A stretch of 64,000 nt of DNA from Nitrospira sp. (GCA_047150005.1 AP038806.1:2208001-2272000); one strand, 5' to 3'. Counted from the stretch's first letter, positions 17,899 to 27,988 are shown. Program-made: numbers and translations. Notes: generated by a model from the letters alone, not told the origin.

Positions 17899-18969
17899 TC
17901 AGTGGGAAGACGTTCCACGATTCTGGAGGCTTGACCCGACGGACGAGCCGCCCAAGGTGGAGCCGATTGTGCTGTCGCTGAGTCCTGAGCCGATCGTAGA
18001 TCCTCCCAGAGTGGATCCGACTGTGGAGTCCGGCAGACTCGATCCAACGGAAGACTGACGAAGGCTGGAGCCGACCGCGGACTGATCCGTATTCAAGGTG
18101 GATTCTCCCACGGACGTACCGGCTCGCCCCGTCGTTCCTATTTCGAACCCCACCGGTCCTGTTGCTCCGATGTCCACGCCGGTCTTGGGGGTGACTCCGA
18201 AGTCCGTCCCGGTTGTGCCTCCCCCGCCGATATCAGTTCCGGTCTTCGGCGTCATGCCGATTCCCGTTCCGACCGACGGGCTCGCTCCGATTCCCGTGCC
18301 GGTCTTGGGGGCCGCCGGAGCCGGGCGAGGTTGAAAATCGCGATGAATGGTGTCCTCAAGCTCATGAATCTTGCGAGAATCTTTCGCCGCTGTATCGGAA
18401 TGGCCGTTCGCCAGGCGTTCCCGGGTTCTTGTGATCTCGTCGAGTTGTGCATGAAGTCTTTTGAGGTCGGCACGTGCTTGCGCGACCGGAGGAATCAATT
18501 CGCCGATCGTCCAGCCCCGTACCTTAATCTGTTCGCTGAAAAGCCCGGACTGCGCGAGAGTGAGCAGCTCGTTGACCTCGTCTCCCATCGCCTCCACCGC
18601 TTCCAGCTCGTTAAGATCGGTCTTGCAACAGGCGAGGAATTTATTGTAGCGCTGAAGAAACGACGCGACCTCGGCTTCAAGATTCTCGACTTTCAGTTGG
18701 CGGCTCTGTGGACGGTCGGGCCTTTCAGCCTTTCCGCGCTCATCCTTTTTCTCCACCAGCGGTACGCAAGGTCCTTGCGCTGACCCTTTCCCTTGCGATG
18801 CCCGCAACTGTTGGTCGGCCGGCCGCCCTTCGCAAAATTCCATCAGCGGTGCCGCAAGTACTCTCTGCCCAAACGGCAGGATGATGGCCAAAGTCAGCAG
18901 GGCGGCTACGAGCTTTGTATGTTCGCCTGTCAGGACGGTCGATTGGTGGAGAGCAGGGATGATTGTCAT
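17899..18969 (-). CDS. Hypothetical secreted protein with a Gly/Ser/Thr tandem-repeat C-terminus
   Basis: Hydrophobic signal-like segment, Cys-containing helical middle, 10-aa then 9-aa repeats; start uncertain (ORF extends to 19053). Confidence 0.75.
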   Translation of the reverse strand: MTIIPALHQSTVLTGEHTKLVAALLTLAIILPFGQRVLAAPLMEFCEGRPADQQLRASQGKGSAQGPCVPLVEKKDERGKAERPDRPQSRQLKVENLEAEVASFLQRYNKFLACCKTDLNELEAVEAMGDEVNELLTLAQSGLFSEQIKVRGWTIGELIPPVAQARADLKRLHAQLDEITRTRERLANGHSDTAAKDSRKIHELEDTIHRDFQPRPAPAAPKTGTGIGASPSVGTGIGMTPKTGTDIGGGGTTGTDFGVTPKTGVDIGATGPVGFEIGTTGRAGTSVGESTLNTDQSAVGSSLRQSSVGSSLPDSTVGSTLGGSTIGSGLSDSTIGSTLGGSSVGSSLQNRGTSSH

Positions 18970-19063
18970 GGTCGAAGTGTCGCCTTCGATCTCGAATCTG
19001 TCAAGGAATGGCCGATTCATCGGAGCGACCGGTCTGATGACTACAGGAAACACGGTCGTCTGT

Positions 19064-19219
19064 CGGTAGTGGGGCCGTCTCCTCTTGCGTCATGCCGGGA
19101 AGGCGGGTATCCACTCCTCGATCAAGACTCAAGGCTGAGGAAAAGACCTTGACTGGATTCCCGCTTCCGCGGGAATGACACACTGCAGTGCTTCAGATGG
19201 CAAGCTGACCCACTATCCG
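19064..19219 (-). repeat. MITE/REPIN-like palindromic element, intact copy 2
   Basis: Reverse complement aligns with 1566-1626 plus 2664-2760; contains GGATTCCCGCTTCCGCGGGAATGAC (ATTCCC-N8-GGGAAT) and a second inverted REP. Confidence 0.85.
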
Positions 19220-19433
19220 TCAGTCTGCCAACGCCGACTCAATACCGCAGGAGAGTCCTCCTCACGAAACTGATCACCTCCTGTTTTCCTTGCACACGAC
19301 CGCTTCGGCCGACAGGCTTCAATGGATCTCCTTTAGGCTCCATAGTAAGGTATACGAATATCAGGTTCGTCCGAGGGCGTGTAGGAGCGAAAACCCATTA
19401 CGGGAAGCAGGTGTCTAAGTCTCTGAATTTCTG

Positions 19434-19496
19434 TTGACAACACTTTTGCCTGGAGTATACTCCGCCACAGAGTGGGAGAAAGTGGGTGAACCTGGA
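19434..19496 (+). promoter_or_regulatory. dcw promoter with MraZ-type direct repeats
   Basis: TTGACA-N16-TATACT (19434-19461); AGTGGG at 19471 and 19481 (10-nt period), degenerate third copy at 19491. Confidence 0.7.
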
Positions 19497-20417
19497 ATCG
19501 GACAATTTTCTCAATCATTGAGGCATGTTCCGGTCATGCCGAATGAAATCGTATTTTGGCTAAGGCCTCGGCCCGACACTGTCGTGCTTGATTGTACGGT
19601 GGGATATTGTGGGCATGCGGCAAGTATCTTGGAGTCAAGTGCACCAAGTGGGCGACTGATTGGAATAGATCGTGATGCTCACGCGATTCGTGCCTGTGAG
19701 GCGGAATCACATCGTTTCGGAGGACGACTTGAATTGGTCAAGGGACACTTTGTCGATTTGAAACGCCATCTGGTCGACCGCGGCGTCGCGAAAGTGAGCG
19801 GTGTGCTGTTCGATCTCGGCGTGTCGTCCCCCCAGTTTGATGAGCCCGCGCGCGGCTTCAGTTTTCAGGCGAGTGGCCCCCTCGACATGCGGATGGATCA
19901 GTCCGTCGGAAGAACCGCAGCGGACATCGTCAACCATGCGGATGAAGCGGACCTGGCCAAGATGATTTTTGAGTTCGGAGAAGAGCGGTTCTCTCGGCGG
20001 ATCGCCAGAGCGATCGTCCGGGACCGGATGCGAAGGCCGCTGGAAACGACCGAAGACCTGGCCTCGACCATCGAAGGTGCGGTTCCTGCGTCGTATCGAC
20101 ATGGGCGCCTTCATTGCGCAACGCGGACGTTTCAAGCGCTTCGAATCGCGGTCAATGACGAGCTTGACTATCTGGAGCGTGCGTTGCGCGATGCCGCGGA
20201 CGTGCTGGAGCCGGGCGGACGGCTATGCGTGCTCTCATTCCACTCACTTGAAGATCGCATCGTCAAGCGCACATTCCGCTCATTGTCCGACACGCAACTG
20301 ACCATCCGGACAAAAAAGCCTCTACGGCCCACGCAGGAAGAGATGGCTCACAATCCACGGTCCAGGAGCGCGAAGCTTCGCGTCGCGGAACGAACTCACG
20401 AGGTGATGTCATCATGA
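19482..20417 (+). CDS. rsmH: 16S rRNA m4C1402 methyltransferase
   Basis: HVPV, DCTVG..GH, DLGVSSPQ, GPLDMRMD, FQALRIAVN, FHSLEDR, NPRSRSAKLR; start either GTG 19482 or TTG 19518. Confidence 0.96.
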   Translation: MGEPGIGQFSQSLRHVPVMPNEIVFWLRPRPDTVVLDCTVGYCGHAASILESSAPSGRLIGIDRDAHAIRACEAESHRFGGRLELVKGHFVDLKRHLVDRGVAKVSGVLFDLGVSSPQFDEPARGFSFQASGPLDMRMDQSVGRTAADIVNHADEADLAKMIFEFGEERFSRRIARAIVRDRMRRPLETTEDLASTIEGAVPASYRHGRLHCATRTFQALRIAVNDELDYLERALRDAADVLEPGGRLCVLSFHSLEDRIVKRTFRSLSDTQLTIRTKKPLRPTQEEMAHNPRSRSAKLRVAERTHEVMSS

Positions 20418-20749
20418 AGGCGACGATCATGCTGTTGAGTCTTGGTTTGATCTTCCTCTTCGTCTGGGAGCGTGTGGATGTCGTCCGCCTGGGTTATCAG
20501 ATCGAGCGATTGAAGGCCCAGAAAATCCTGTTGATCCGCGAGCGAGATCAACTCCATGTAAGAGTATCTGCACTTGCCGCTCCTGAGCGGATCGCCAAGG
20601 TGGCCACGGAGAAGCTCGGGTTGCTTCCTCCTCAGCAAGGCCAGGTCTTTCTGGTCCGTCAGCAGCAGGAAGCGCCGGTGCCGGAGGCGGCGGTCGTCGC
20701 GCAGATTCGGGTAGCTCGCAACCATCCGCGGCCGGGGTTGGGAGAATAG
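20414..20749 (+). CDS. ftsL: Cell division protein FtsL
   Basis: TM plus coiled coil plus PERIAKVA..KLGL; lies between rsmH and ftsI. Confidence 0.88.
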   Translation: MKATIMLLSLGLIFLFVWERVDVVRLGYQIERLKAQKILLIRERDQLHVRVSALAAPERIAKVATEKLGLLPPQQGQVFLVRQQQEAPVPEAAVVAQIRVARNHPRPGLGE

Positions 20750-20751
20750 TG

Positions 20752-22464
20752 ATGGGCGTGTTTTCCCGGAGACGGTACGTCACGCTGTGTCTGCTCCTCC
20801 TGGGGTTCTGCGGCATTCTCGCCAGGTTGGTATCCCTGCAAGTTCTGCAGGCCGCGGAATTGACGGCAAAAGCAGACCGACAGCACCAGAAGAGCGTCAC
20901 CTTCGAAGGGGCGAGAGGTTCAGTGACGGACCGCCACGGGAAGGTGCTCGCCATGAACATGGAGGTGCCGTCGGTCTTCGGGGTGCCGACCGCGCTGGAA
21001 AGCCCCTCCCGAGCAGCGCGGTATCTGTCTCCCGTTCTTCACGTTCGCCGCGATGAGCTTGAGCGGAAGTTGCGTCAGGACAAAAGCTTCGTGTGGTTGG
21101 CCCGCAAAATGGAACCTGAGCAGGGCCAACGTTTGGAGCGCCTGTCTTTGGATGGTATCGGTGTGATCATGGAGGGGCGTCGCTTCTACCCTAAGGGCCC
21201 CCTACTTTCCCACGTGCTCGGATTCGCCGGCATGGATGGACAGGGGCTGGAAGGGTTGGAGCACCGTTATGAAAGTCAACTCCACGGCGAGAAGCGCGTC
21301 ACCATTCTCCAGCGTGACGCACTGGGCCGCACGGTTTTTCCGAAGGGATTGGCCGAGAAACCTCCCGCCCCGGGCAGCGCGCTCACGTTGACCATCGACG
21401 AAGTGATTCAATACATCGCCGAAAAAGAATTGGAGGAAGCCGTCTCCCATGCCCATGCCAAGGGGGGTACCATGATCGTGATGGAGCCCCAGACGGGTGC
21501 CATCCTGGCCATGGCGGTCAATCCGCGGTTCGATCCGAATGCCGTCGGCGCGCTGACGCCGGATCGCTGGCGTAACCGCGCACTGACCGACGCGTATGAG
21601 CCCGGCTCTACCATGAAGGTGATTCTCGCGGCCGCGGCTCTTGAAGAGAAGATCATGATGCCCGGGACCATGATTTTCGGAGAGAACGGTCGAATGGCCG
21701 TGGCCAACACGGTGATCCACGATCACGAAAAAATGGGGTGGATGACCTTTGCGCAAATGATCCAGAAATCCAGCAACATCGGCGCGGCTAAAACCGGAAT
21801 GGCGTTGGGCGAACAGCGGTTCTATCGGTATCTCCAGGCATTCGGCTTCGGTCAGCGGACCGACATCGATCTGCCGGGCGAGGCTGGCGGGCTGCTCAAG
21901 ATTCCCAAAGACTGGGGGCGTCGATCCTTGGCCTCGATTTCCATGGGTCAGGAAATCGGCGTCACCCCCCTGCAATTGGTGTCCGCCATCGCGGCCATCG
22001 CCAATCAGGGTGTCATAATGAAGCCGTATGTCGTGTCGGAGATCAGAGATGCGAAAGGCTCGATCCTGAAAGAAGTCATGCCGCAAGCCAAACGGCGGGT
22101 TGTGTCCCCCGAAACCGCCAGAACGCTGACAGCGGTACTGGAGGGAGTTGTGACGGACGGCACCGGTGCGAAAGCGGCCATTCCGGGCTTTCGCGTGGCG
22201 GGCAAAACCGGCACGGCGCAGAAGATTGATCCGAAAACCGGGACGTATTCCAGTACGCAGCTGATCGCATCGTTCGTCGGGTATGTGCCGGCTGATGCTC
22301 CACGCTTGGCGATGGTCGTCATTATCGACGAGCCCCAGGGAGAATCCTGGGGAGGTGTGGTTTCTGCTCCGGTGTTCCGTCGGGTGGGCGAACAGGTCCT
22401 GACGTATCTGGGTGTCTCGCGGGACGATCAAATCAAGATCGCCTCGGCAGTGACGTATGACTGA
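20752..22464 (+). CDS. ftsI: Penicillin-binding protein 3 (class B transpeptidase)
   Basis: RG..DR, RFYPKG, EPGSTMK (SxxK), KSSN (SxN), GKTGTAQ. Confidence 0.95.
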   Translation: MGVFSRRRYVTLCLLLLGFCGILARLVSLQVLQAAELTAKADRQHQKSVTFEGARGSVTDRHGKVLAMNMEVPSVFGVPTALESPSRAARYLSPVLHVRRDELERKLRQDKSFVWLARKMEPEQGQRLERLSLDGIGVIMEGRRFYPKGPLLSHVLGFAGMDGQGLEGLEHRYESQLHGEKRVTILQRDALGRTVFPKGLAEKPPAPGSALTLTIDEVIQYIAEKELEEAVSHAHAKGGTMIVMEPQTGAILAMAVNPRFDPNAVGALTPDRWRNRALTDAYEPGSTMKVILAAAALEEKIMMPGTMIFGENGRMAVANTVIHDHEKMGWMTFAQMIQKSSNIGAAKTGMALGEQRFYRYLQAFGFGQRTDIDLPGEAGGLLKIPKDWGRRSLASISMGQEIGVTPLQLVSAIAAIANQGVIMKPYVVSEIRDAKGSILKEVMPQAKRRVVSPETARTLTAVLEGVVTDGTGAKAAIPGFRVAGKTGTAQKIDPKTGTYSSTQLIASFVGYVPADAPRLAMVVIIDEPQGESWGGVVSAPVFRRVGEQVLTYLGVSRDDQIKIASAVTYD

Positions 22465-23987
22465 TGAAGGCAAGGAGTCCGTTTATGACGGCGGAGGACC
22501 TGGTCGCGGCGGCACGAGGGCAGATGGAGATCGTCGAGCAACGCGGCGATCTGCATGTGCCGATCGCCATGGTGACGGATGATTCGCGGGCCGTGGTATC
22601 AGGCGGTCTGTTCGTGGCGGTCAAGGGGGAGCGGGTCGACGGCCACGAGTTCGTCGCGAAGGCCTTGCATGGCGGTGCCGCGGCGGTGATTGCGCAATCC
22701 TCCGTCGATACAGGCGCCGTTCCGCTCGTCCGTGTCGCCAACTCCCGAAAAGCACTGGGCATCATCGGCAGTCGCTTCTATGGAGATCCGTCCTCGAAAT
22801 TGATGATGGTCGGGGTGACCGGGACCAACGGGAAAACGACGACGACGTATTTGTGCAAAGCGTTGCTTCAAGGTATCGGGCGAAAAGTCGGTTTAATCGG
22901 TACGGTCGCCTATCAAATCGGAGAGGAGATCATCCCGGCGTCGCACACGACTCCCGGCGCCCTCACCTTGCAGAGTCTCTTGGCCAGGATGCTCAAGGCG
23001 GGCTTGAACGCCGTCGTGATGGAAGTCTCATCCCATGCCTTGGCCTTGGACCGCACGGCCGGCTGCGAGTACGACGCGGCCGTCTTCACAAATTTGACTC
23101 AGGACCATCTGGATTTTCATTCAACGATGGAAGAGTACTTCCAGGCCAAGTTGCAGCTGTTTACGGACCTGGGGCGCGGAAGAAAATCCGGCCAGCGTGC
23201 GGTGGTCAATATGGACGATCCTCGCGGACCCCAGGTCCGTGCCGCCTGTCGAGTGCCGGTCTGGGGCTACGGTATGACCGGAACACCGGAACTCAAGGCT
23301 GAGCGGGCCCGGCTGTCCCTCGCCGGCACGAGCTTCACAGCGGGGACTCCGGCCGGGACGTTTCCCGTGGAGAGCCGATTGGTCGGTGAGCACAACGTCT
23401 ACAACTTGCTGGGGGCGATCGGTGTGGCGTTGCATGCCGGGGCGACCTGCGATCAGGTGCGCGAGGCGGTCACGCAGGTCAGCAATGTCCCGGGGCGCTT
23501 CGAGCGGGTGTCGGCCGGTCAGGATTTCACCGTGGTCGTGGATTACGCTCATACGGAAGACGCGCTGCGGCGGCTGTTGGCGGCGGCGCACGAACTCAAG
23601 ACTCATCGAATCATCACGGTATTCGGATGCGGCGGAGACCGTGATCGGGGAAAGCGTCCGAAGATGGGCCGCGCGGCAGTCGAATATAGCGATGTCGTCA
23701 TCCTGACGTCCGACAACCCGCGCACCGAAGATCCTCTGGCGATCCTGCGTGAAGTTGAGGTGGGCGTCCATGAGGCGCTCCAGCGGCGAAAGCAAGTGGA
23801 ATACCATCTTGTCGCCGACCGGCGTGACGCGATTGCCGCGGCGGTCCGTATGGCCGGTTCCGGAGACATGGTTCTTATCGCCGGCAAGGGCCACGAGGAT
23901 TATCAGATCATCGGGACGACCAAGATTCATTTCGACGATCGCGAGGTGGCACGAGAAGCCATCCGGCAGTTAAGGAATTGCGCGTGA
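22464..23987 (+). CDS. murE: UDP-MurNAc-tripeptide synthetase (meso-DAP specific)
   Basis: GTNGKTT, MEVSSH, DHLDFH, VDYAHT, DNPR, AGKGHE. Confidence 0.97.
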   Translation: MKARSPFMTAEDLVAAARGQMEIVEQRGDLHVPIAMVTDDSRAVVSGGLFVAVKGERVDGHEFVAKALHGGAAAVIAQSSVDTGAVPLVRVANSRKALGIIGSRFYGDPSSKLMMVGVTGTNGKTTTTYLCKALLQGIGRKVGLIGTVAYQIGEEIIPASHTTPGALTLQSLLARMLKAGLNAVVMEVSSHALALDRTAGCEYDAAVFTNLTQDHLDFHSTMEEYFQAKLQLFTDLGRGRKSGQRAVVNMDDPRGPQVRAACRVPVWGYGMTGTPELKAERARLSLAGTSFTAGTPAGTFPVESRLVGEHNVYNLLGAIGVALHAGATCDQVREAVTQVSNVPGRFERVSAGQDFTVVVDYAHTEDALRRLLAAAHELKTHRIITVFGCGGDRDRGKRPKMGRAAVEYSDVVILTSDNPRTEDPLAILREVEVGVHEALQRRKQVEYHLVADRRDAIAAAVRMAGSGDMVLIAGKGHEDYQIIGTTKIHFDDREVAREAIRQLRNCA

Positions 23988-24028
23988 ACGTCCAGCACAG
24001 CGGACGATGGAGAGGTGAGGCCTCACCG

Positions 24029-25471
24029 ATGGCGCTTTTTACGATTGAAGAGCTGCGTGAGGTCGTCAGCGTCAAGGTTCTGGCCGGCGAGGCCGCTCCG
24101 TCGGCCAAGCGACGGATCAGAAACATCAGCACCGATTCGAGATCGATCAGGCGGGGGGATCTGTTCGTGGCCTTGCAGGGGGAACGGTTCGACGGCCATG
24201 AGTTTGTGGCCGCAGCCTTCGCGCAAGGCGCGATCGGGGCCATCGTGCACGACCAATACCGACCTCCGGCTTCCAAGCGTCAGGACAGTCGATCCGTCCC
24301 CTTTCTGTTGGGGGTTCGCGATCCGCTGTTTGCCTATCAACAGTTGGCGATGCATCACCGGAGCCGGTTCGAGATTCCGGTGGTGGCCGTGACGGGCAGC
24401 AACGGCAAGACGACGACCAAGGAGATGACGGCCGCGGTGCTGGGGCGGCGATGGCGGACGCTGAAGACGGAAGGCAACTACAACAACCGGATCGGCGTTC
24501 CTCACACGTTGTTCAAGTTGACACGGCGGCATCAAGCGGCGGTCGTTGAAATGGGCGTGGACGCGCGCGGGCAGACGACGCGATTGTGCGAGATCGTTCG
24601 TCCCACGGTCGGCATCATCACCAACATCGGTCCGGACCATCTGGAGTTCTTCGGAAGCATGGAAGGATCGGCCCAGGCCAAGGCGGAACTGTTGGACCTG
24701 CTTCCTGCGGACGGTACGGCTGTGCTGAACGCCGACGACCCCTATTTCGACTATTTGGCCTCGCGCGCCCGGTCCCGCGTCGTGTCGTTCGGGCTGTCGG
24801 AGAAGGCGGACGTGCGCGCCGCGCGAGTGACGTTCGATGTCAAGAGCGGAACCAGGTTCGATCTGCTGCTGCCGGGCAAGGGGCGCCCCGTCGGCGTGAC
24901 GATGAAGGTTCACGGTGCCCATAACGTGCTCAACGCCCTTTCAGCCGCCGCGACCGGCTTTGCATTGAACCTGTCAGGCGCAACCATTTCGGAAGGGTTG
25001 GCCACGTTTCGTCCGGCCGCCATGCGCTCGCAGGTCATCTCGCATCATGGCGTTCAGATCATCAACGACTGCTATAACGCCAATCCCGCTTCGATGAAAG
25101 CCGCAATCGAACTCTTGGCGAAGTGGGCTCCTGCCCGGACGCGAGTGGCGGTGCTGGGAGACATGCTGGAACTTGGGGCCCAAACCAAAGCGTTCCATCG
25201 CGAGGTCGGGTCGTTTCTGGCCGGTCGGGACGTGGCGCGCTTGATCGCGTGCGGGTCCTTGGGACGGGAGATTGCCGAGGGAGCCAGGCAGGGTGGTATG
25301 CCCGCAGCAGCCATCACCGAGGTCGCGGATGCCGCGGCCGCCGCCGATCTCCTCAGGATGGAAGTTCGGCAGGGCGACGTTGTGCTGGTCAAAGCCTCGC
25401 GCGGCATGAAGTTGGAGCAGGTCGTTCAAAGGCTGACGGGTATGAGAGCGATGACGAAAGAGGCGTCGTAG
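24029..25471 (+). CDS. murF: UDP-MurNAc-pentapeptide synthetase
   Basis: TDSR, GSNGKTTTKE, NYNNRIG, DCYNANP, GDMLELG, VKASRG. Confidence 0.96.
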   Translation: MALFTIEELREVVSVKVLAGEAAPSAKRRIRNISTDSRSIRRGDLFVALQGERFDGHEFVAAAFAQGAIGAIVHDQYRPPASKRQDSRSVPFLLGVRDPLFAYQQLAMHHRSRFEIPVVAVTGSNGKTTTKEMTAAVLGRRWRTLKTEGNYNNRIGVPHTLFKLTRRHQAAVVEMGVDARGQTTRLCEIVRPTVGIITNIGPDHLEFFGSMEGSAQAKAELLDLLPADGTAVLNADDPYFDYLASRARSRVVSFGLSEKADVRAARVTFDVKSGTRFDLLLPGKGRPVGVTMKVHGAHNVLNALSAAATGFALNLSGATISEGLATFRPAAMRSQVISHHGVQIINDCYNANPASMKAAIELLAKWAPARTRVAVLGDMLELGAQTKAFHREVGSFLAGRDVARLIACGSLGREIAEGARQGGMPAAAITEVADAAAAADLLRMEVRQGDVVLVKASRGMKLEQVVQRLTGMRAMTKEAS

Positions 25472-25496
25472 GAGTCCGTTCCTGTCGAAAGGGCGC

Positions 25497-26573
25497 ATGC
25501 TCTACATCTGGCTGTATCCGTTTCATACGGACTATTCGTTTCTGAACGTGTTCCGCTACCTGAGCTTCCGCATCATTTATGCGGCGGTGACGGCGTTTCT
25601 GATCGCCTTCGTTCTGACGCCATGGCTGATCAGGAAGTTGCAGGAGATCAAGCTCGGGCAGCAAATCCGCGACGACGGGCCCAAACGGCATCTGGCGAAA
25701 AGCGGGACGCCCACCATGGGCGGAGTACTGATTATTTTCGCCGTCCTGCTGTCGACGTTGCTCTGGGCCGACATCACCAGACCGTATGTCTGGCTCGTGA
25801 TGGTCGCGACGCTGGGCTTCGGCGCCATCGGGTTCGCAGACGATTATCTGAAATTCATTAAGGCGCGCTCGAAGGGTTTGACGGTCGGACAGAAGTTCAG
25901 TGCACAGGTCGGTATCGCACTTCTGATCGCAGTCGCCCTCTATTTCACGCCGGGATACACGACAAAGCTGAGCGTGCCGTTTTTTAAGAACGTCATGCCG
26001 GACCTCGGCTGGTTCTATGTGGTTTTCGTCGTCCTGGTGATCGTGGGCAGTTCCAACGCCGTGAATCTGACCGATGGATTGGACGGACTGGCCATCGGCC
26101 CGGTCATGATCGCATCCCTGGCCTATACGATCGTGGCGTACGTGGCCGGCCATCGCATTATGTCGGACTATCTCCTGATTCCGCACATAGAGGGAGCGGG
26201 AGAAATCGCGGTGTTCACGGCCGCCATCCTTGGGTCGAGCTTGGGCTTTCTCTGGTTCAACGCCTATCCGGCTACCGTGTTCATGGGTGACGTCGGCTCG
26301 CTTCCACTGGGAGCGGCGCTCGGAACGGTGGCCGTCATCAGCAAACATGAACTGCTGCTGCTCATGGTGGGTGGTGTCTTCGTCATTGAGGCGATCTCCG
26401 TCATTTTCCAAGTCATCTCATTCAAATCGCGGGGCAAACGCATTTTTCTGATGGCGCCGATTCACCATCATTTTGAGATGAAGGGCTGGGAGGAGCCGAA
26501 GGTTGTGGTCCGTCTGTGGATTATCGCCATCCTTCTCGCATTGCTGAGCCTGAGTACGTTGAAACTGCGGTGA
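25497..26573 (+). CDS. mraY: Phospho-MurNAc-pentapeptide transferase
   Basis: KSGTPTMGG, DDYLK, NAVNLTDGLDG, FMGDVGS, MAPIHHHFE. Confidence 0.98.
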   Translation: MLYIWLYPFHTDYSFLNVFRYLSFRIIYAAVTAFLIAFVLTPWLIRKLQEIKLGQQIRDDGPKRHLAKSGTPTMGGVLIIFAVLLSTLLWADITRPYVWLVMVATLGFGAIGFADDYLKFIKARSKGLTVGQKFSAQVGIALLIAVALYFTPGYTTKLSVPFFKNVMPDLGWFYVVFVVLVIVGSSNAVNLTDGLDGLAIGPVMIASLAYTIVAYVAGHRIMSDYLLIPHIEGAGEIAVFTAAILGSSLGFLWFNAYPATVFMGDVGSLPLGAALGTVAVISKHELLLLMVGGVFVIEAISVIFQVISFKSRGKRIFLMAPIHHHFEMKGWEEPKVVVRLWIIAILLALLSLSTLKLR

Positions 26574-26578
26574 GTGCC

Positions 26579-27988
26579 ATGGTGGCAGTGGAGCAAGCAA
26601 GTCTGGCAGGGGCTCGCGTCACGGTCATGGGATTGGCTCGTAGCGGTGTGGCGGCCTGCCGTCTACTGCTGGAGGTTGGCGCCCGTGTCACGGTGTCAGA
26701 CCGCAAGGAGTCGAGCGAACTTCAATCGGCGCTCGGAGACATCGATCGTGGCGCAATCGAGGTGACCGTCGGGCCGAACTATGAGGCTTCGCTCGAGGCA
26801 GCCGATCTTGTGGTGATCAGCCCCGGTGTTCCCTATCGCATGGAATCCCTCGGGCGCGTCCGCCGGCGCGGGGTCAAAGTGATCAGCGAGTTGGAATTGG
26901 CGTCGCGATTTCTCGCCGCACCGATGCTGGCCGTCACTGGAACGAACGGCAAGAGCACGACCGTCACCTTAATCGGCCAGATATTGAAGGAGCAGGGAAA
27001 ACGCGTCTTTGTCGGAGGGAATCTCGGCACCGCCCTCAGCGACGCGGCATGGACGTCGGTGAAAGCGAAGAAGGAAGGACGAGCGGATCCGTTCGATTAC
27101 CTGGTCGTGGAGGTCTCGAGCTTTCAGCTGGAGACGGTCGATCAATTCCACCCTTGGATCGCGGGAATCCTCAATGTCACCGTCGATCACCAGGACCGCT
27201 ACGATTCGCTGAATGATTATCTCGCGGCGAAAGCCAGGATTTTCGAGAATCAAACTGCGGAGGATTACGCGCTCTTCAATCTGGATGATCCCAGGGTCTC
27301 GGCACTCAAGGAGTGTGTCCGCTCGCGTCGCGTCGGCTTCACCAGGATGGGAATGATCGGTTCAGGTGTCGAGCGAGGGACGTTTCTCGACGGCGAGACC
27401 ATCGTCACGACAGTGAGTGGGCTGCGCCAGGCCGTCTGCCGAGCGAGCGAGATCCGGATGCTTGGGAGCCACAACGTGGAAAACATCATGGCGGCGTCGA
27501 CCTATGCCGCACTCTGTGGATGCTCGCTTGATACCATCAGGAAGACTGTGACGGCCTTTCCCGGTCTCGAGCACGCGTTGGAATTCGTCCGCGAACGTCG
27601 CGGCGTCCGGTTCGTCAACGATTCCAAAGGAACAAACGTCGATGCCACGCTGAAGGCGCTTGAGGGCATTGATCATCCGATCTGGTTGATCGCGGGGGGG
27701 CGCGACAAAGGGGGAGATTTTTCCCGCCTCACCGACGCGGTCCGCCGGCGGGTGAAGCACGCGATTCTTATCGGAGAGGCGGCGCCGCTCCTTCGGCGTG
27801 CCTGGCACGATGCGGCAGCGATAAGCGAAGCCGGCTCCCTGCGTGAAGCCGTCGAGTATGCGGCACGGGAAGCCTCGGCCGGCGAAGTGGTTCTGCTCTC
27901 GCCAGCCTGCGCCAGCTTCGACATGTTCAGGGACTATCAGGACCGAGGCCGCCAATTTAAGGACGCGGTCTTGTCCTTACCGGCGTAA
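26579..27988 (+). CDS. murD: UDP-MurNAc-L-Ala:D-Glu ligase
   Basis: GLARSG, SPGV, GTNGKSTT, EVSSFQL, NDSKGTN, LSPACASFDMF. Confidence 0.97.
   Translation: MVAVEQASLAGARVTVMGLARSGVAACRLLLEVGARVTVSDRKESSELQSALGDIDRGAIEVTVGPNYEASLEAADLVVISPGVPYRMESLGRVRRRGVKVISELELASRFLAAPMLAVTGTNGKSTTVTLIGQILKEQGKRVFVGGNLGTALSDAAWTSVKAKKEGRADPFDYLVVEVSSFQLETVDQFHPWIAGILNVTVDHQDRYDSLNDYLAAKARIFENQTAEDYALFNLDDPRVSALKECVRSRRVGFTRMGMIGSGVERGTFLDGETIVTTVSGLRQAVCRASEIRMLGSHNVENIMAASTYAALCGCSLDTIRKTVTAFPGLEHALEFVRERRGVRFVNDSKGTNVDATLKALEGIDHPIWLIAGGRDKGGDFSRLTDAVRRRVKHAILIGEAAPLLRRAWHDAAAISEAGSLREAVEYAAREASAGEVVLLSPACASFDMFRDYQDRGRQFKDAVLSLPA

Noticed and set aside
17899..18310. Possible CRISPR or DNA tandem array (recurring GGTCTT/CCGATTCCCG)
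   Set aside because: The periodicity is codon-based (30 and 27 nt) within an ORF, with no identical repeats or unique spacers and no cas genes.
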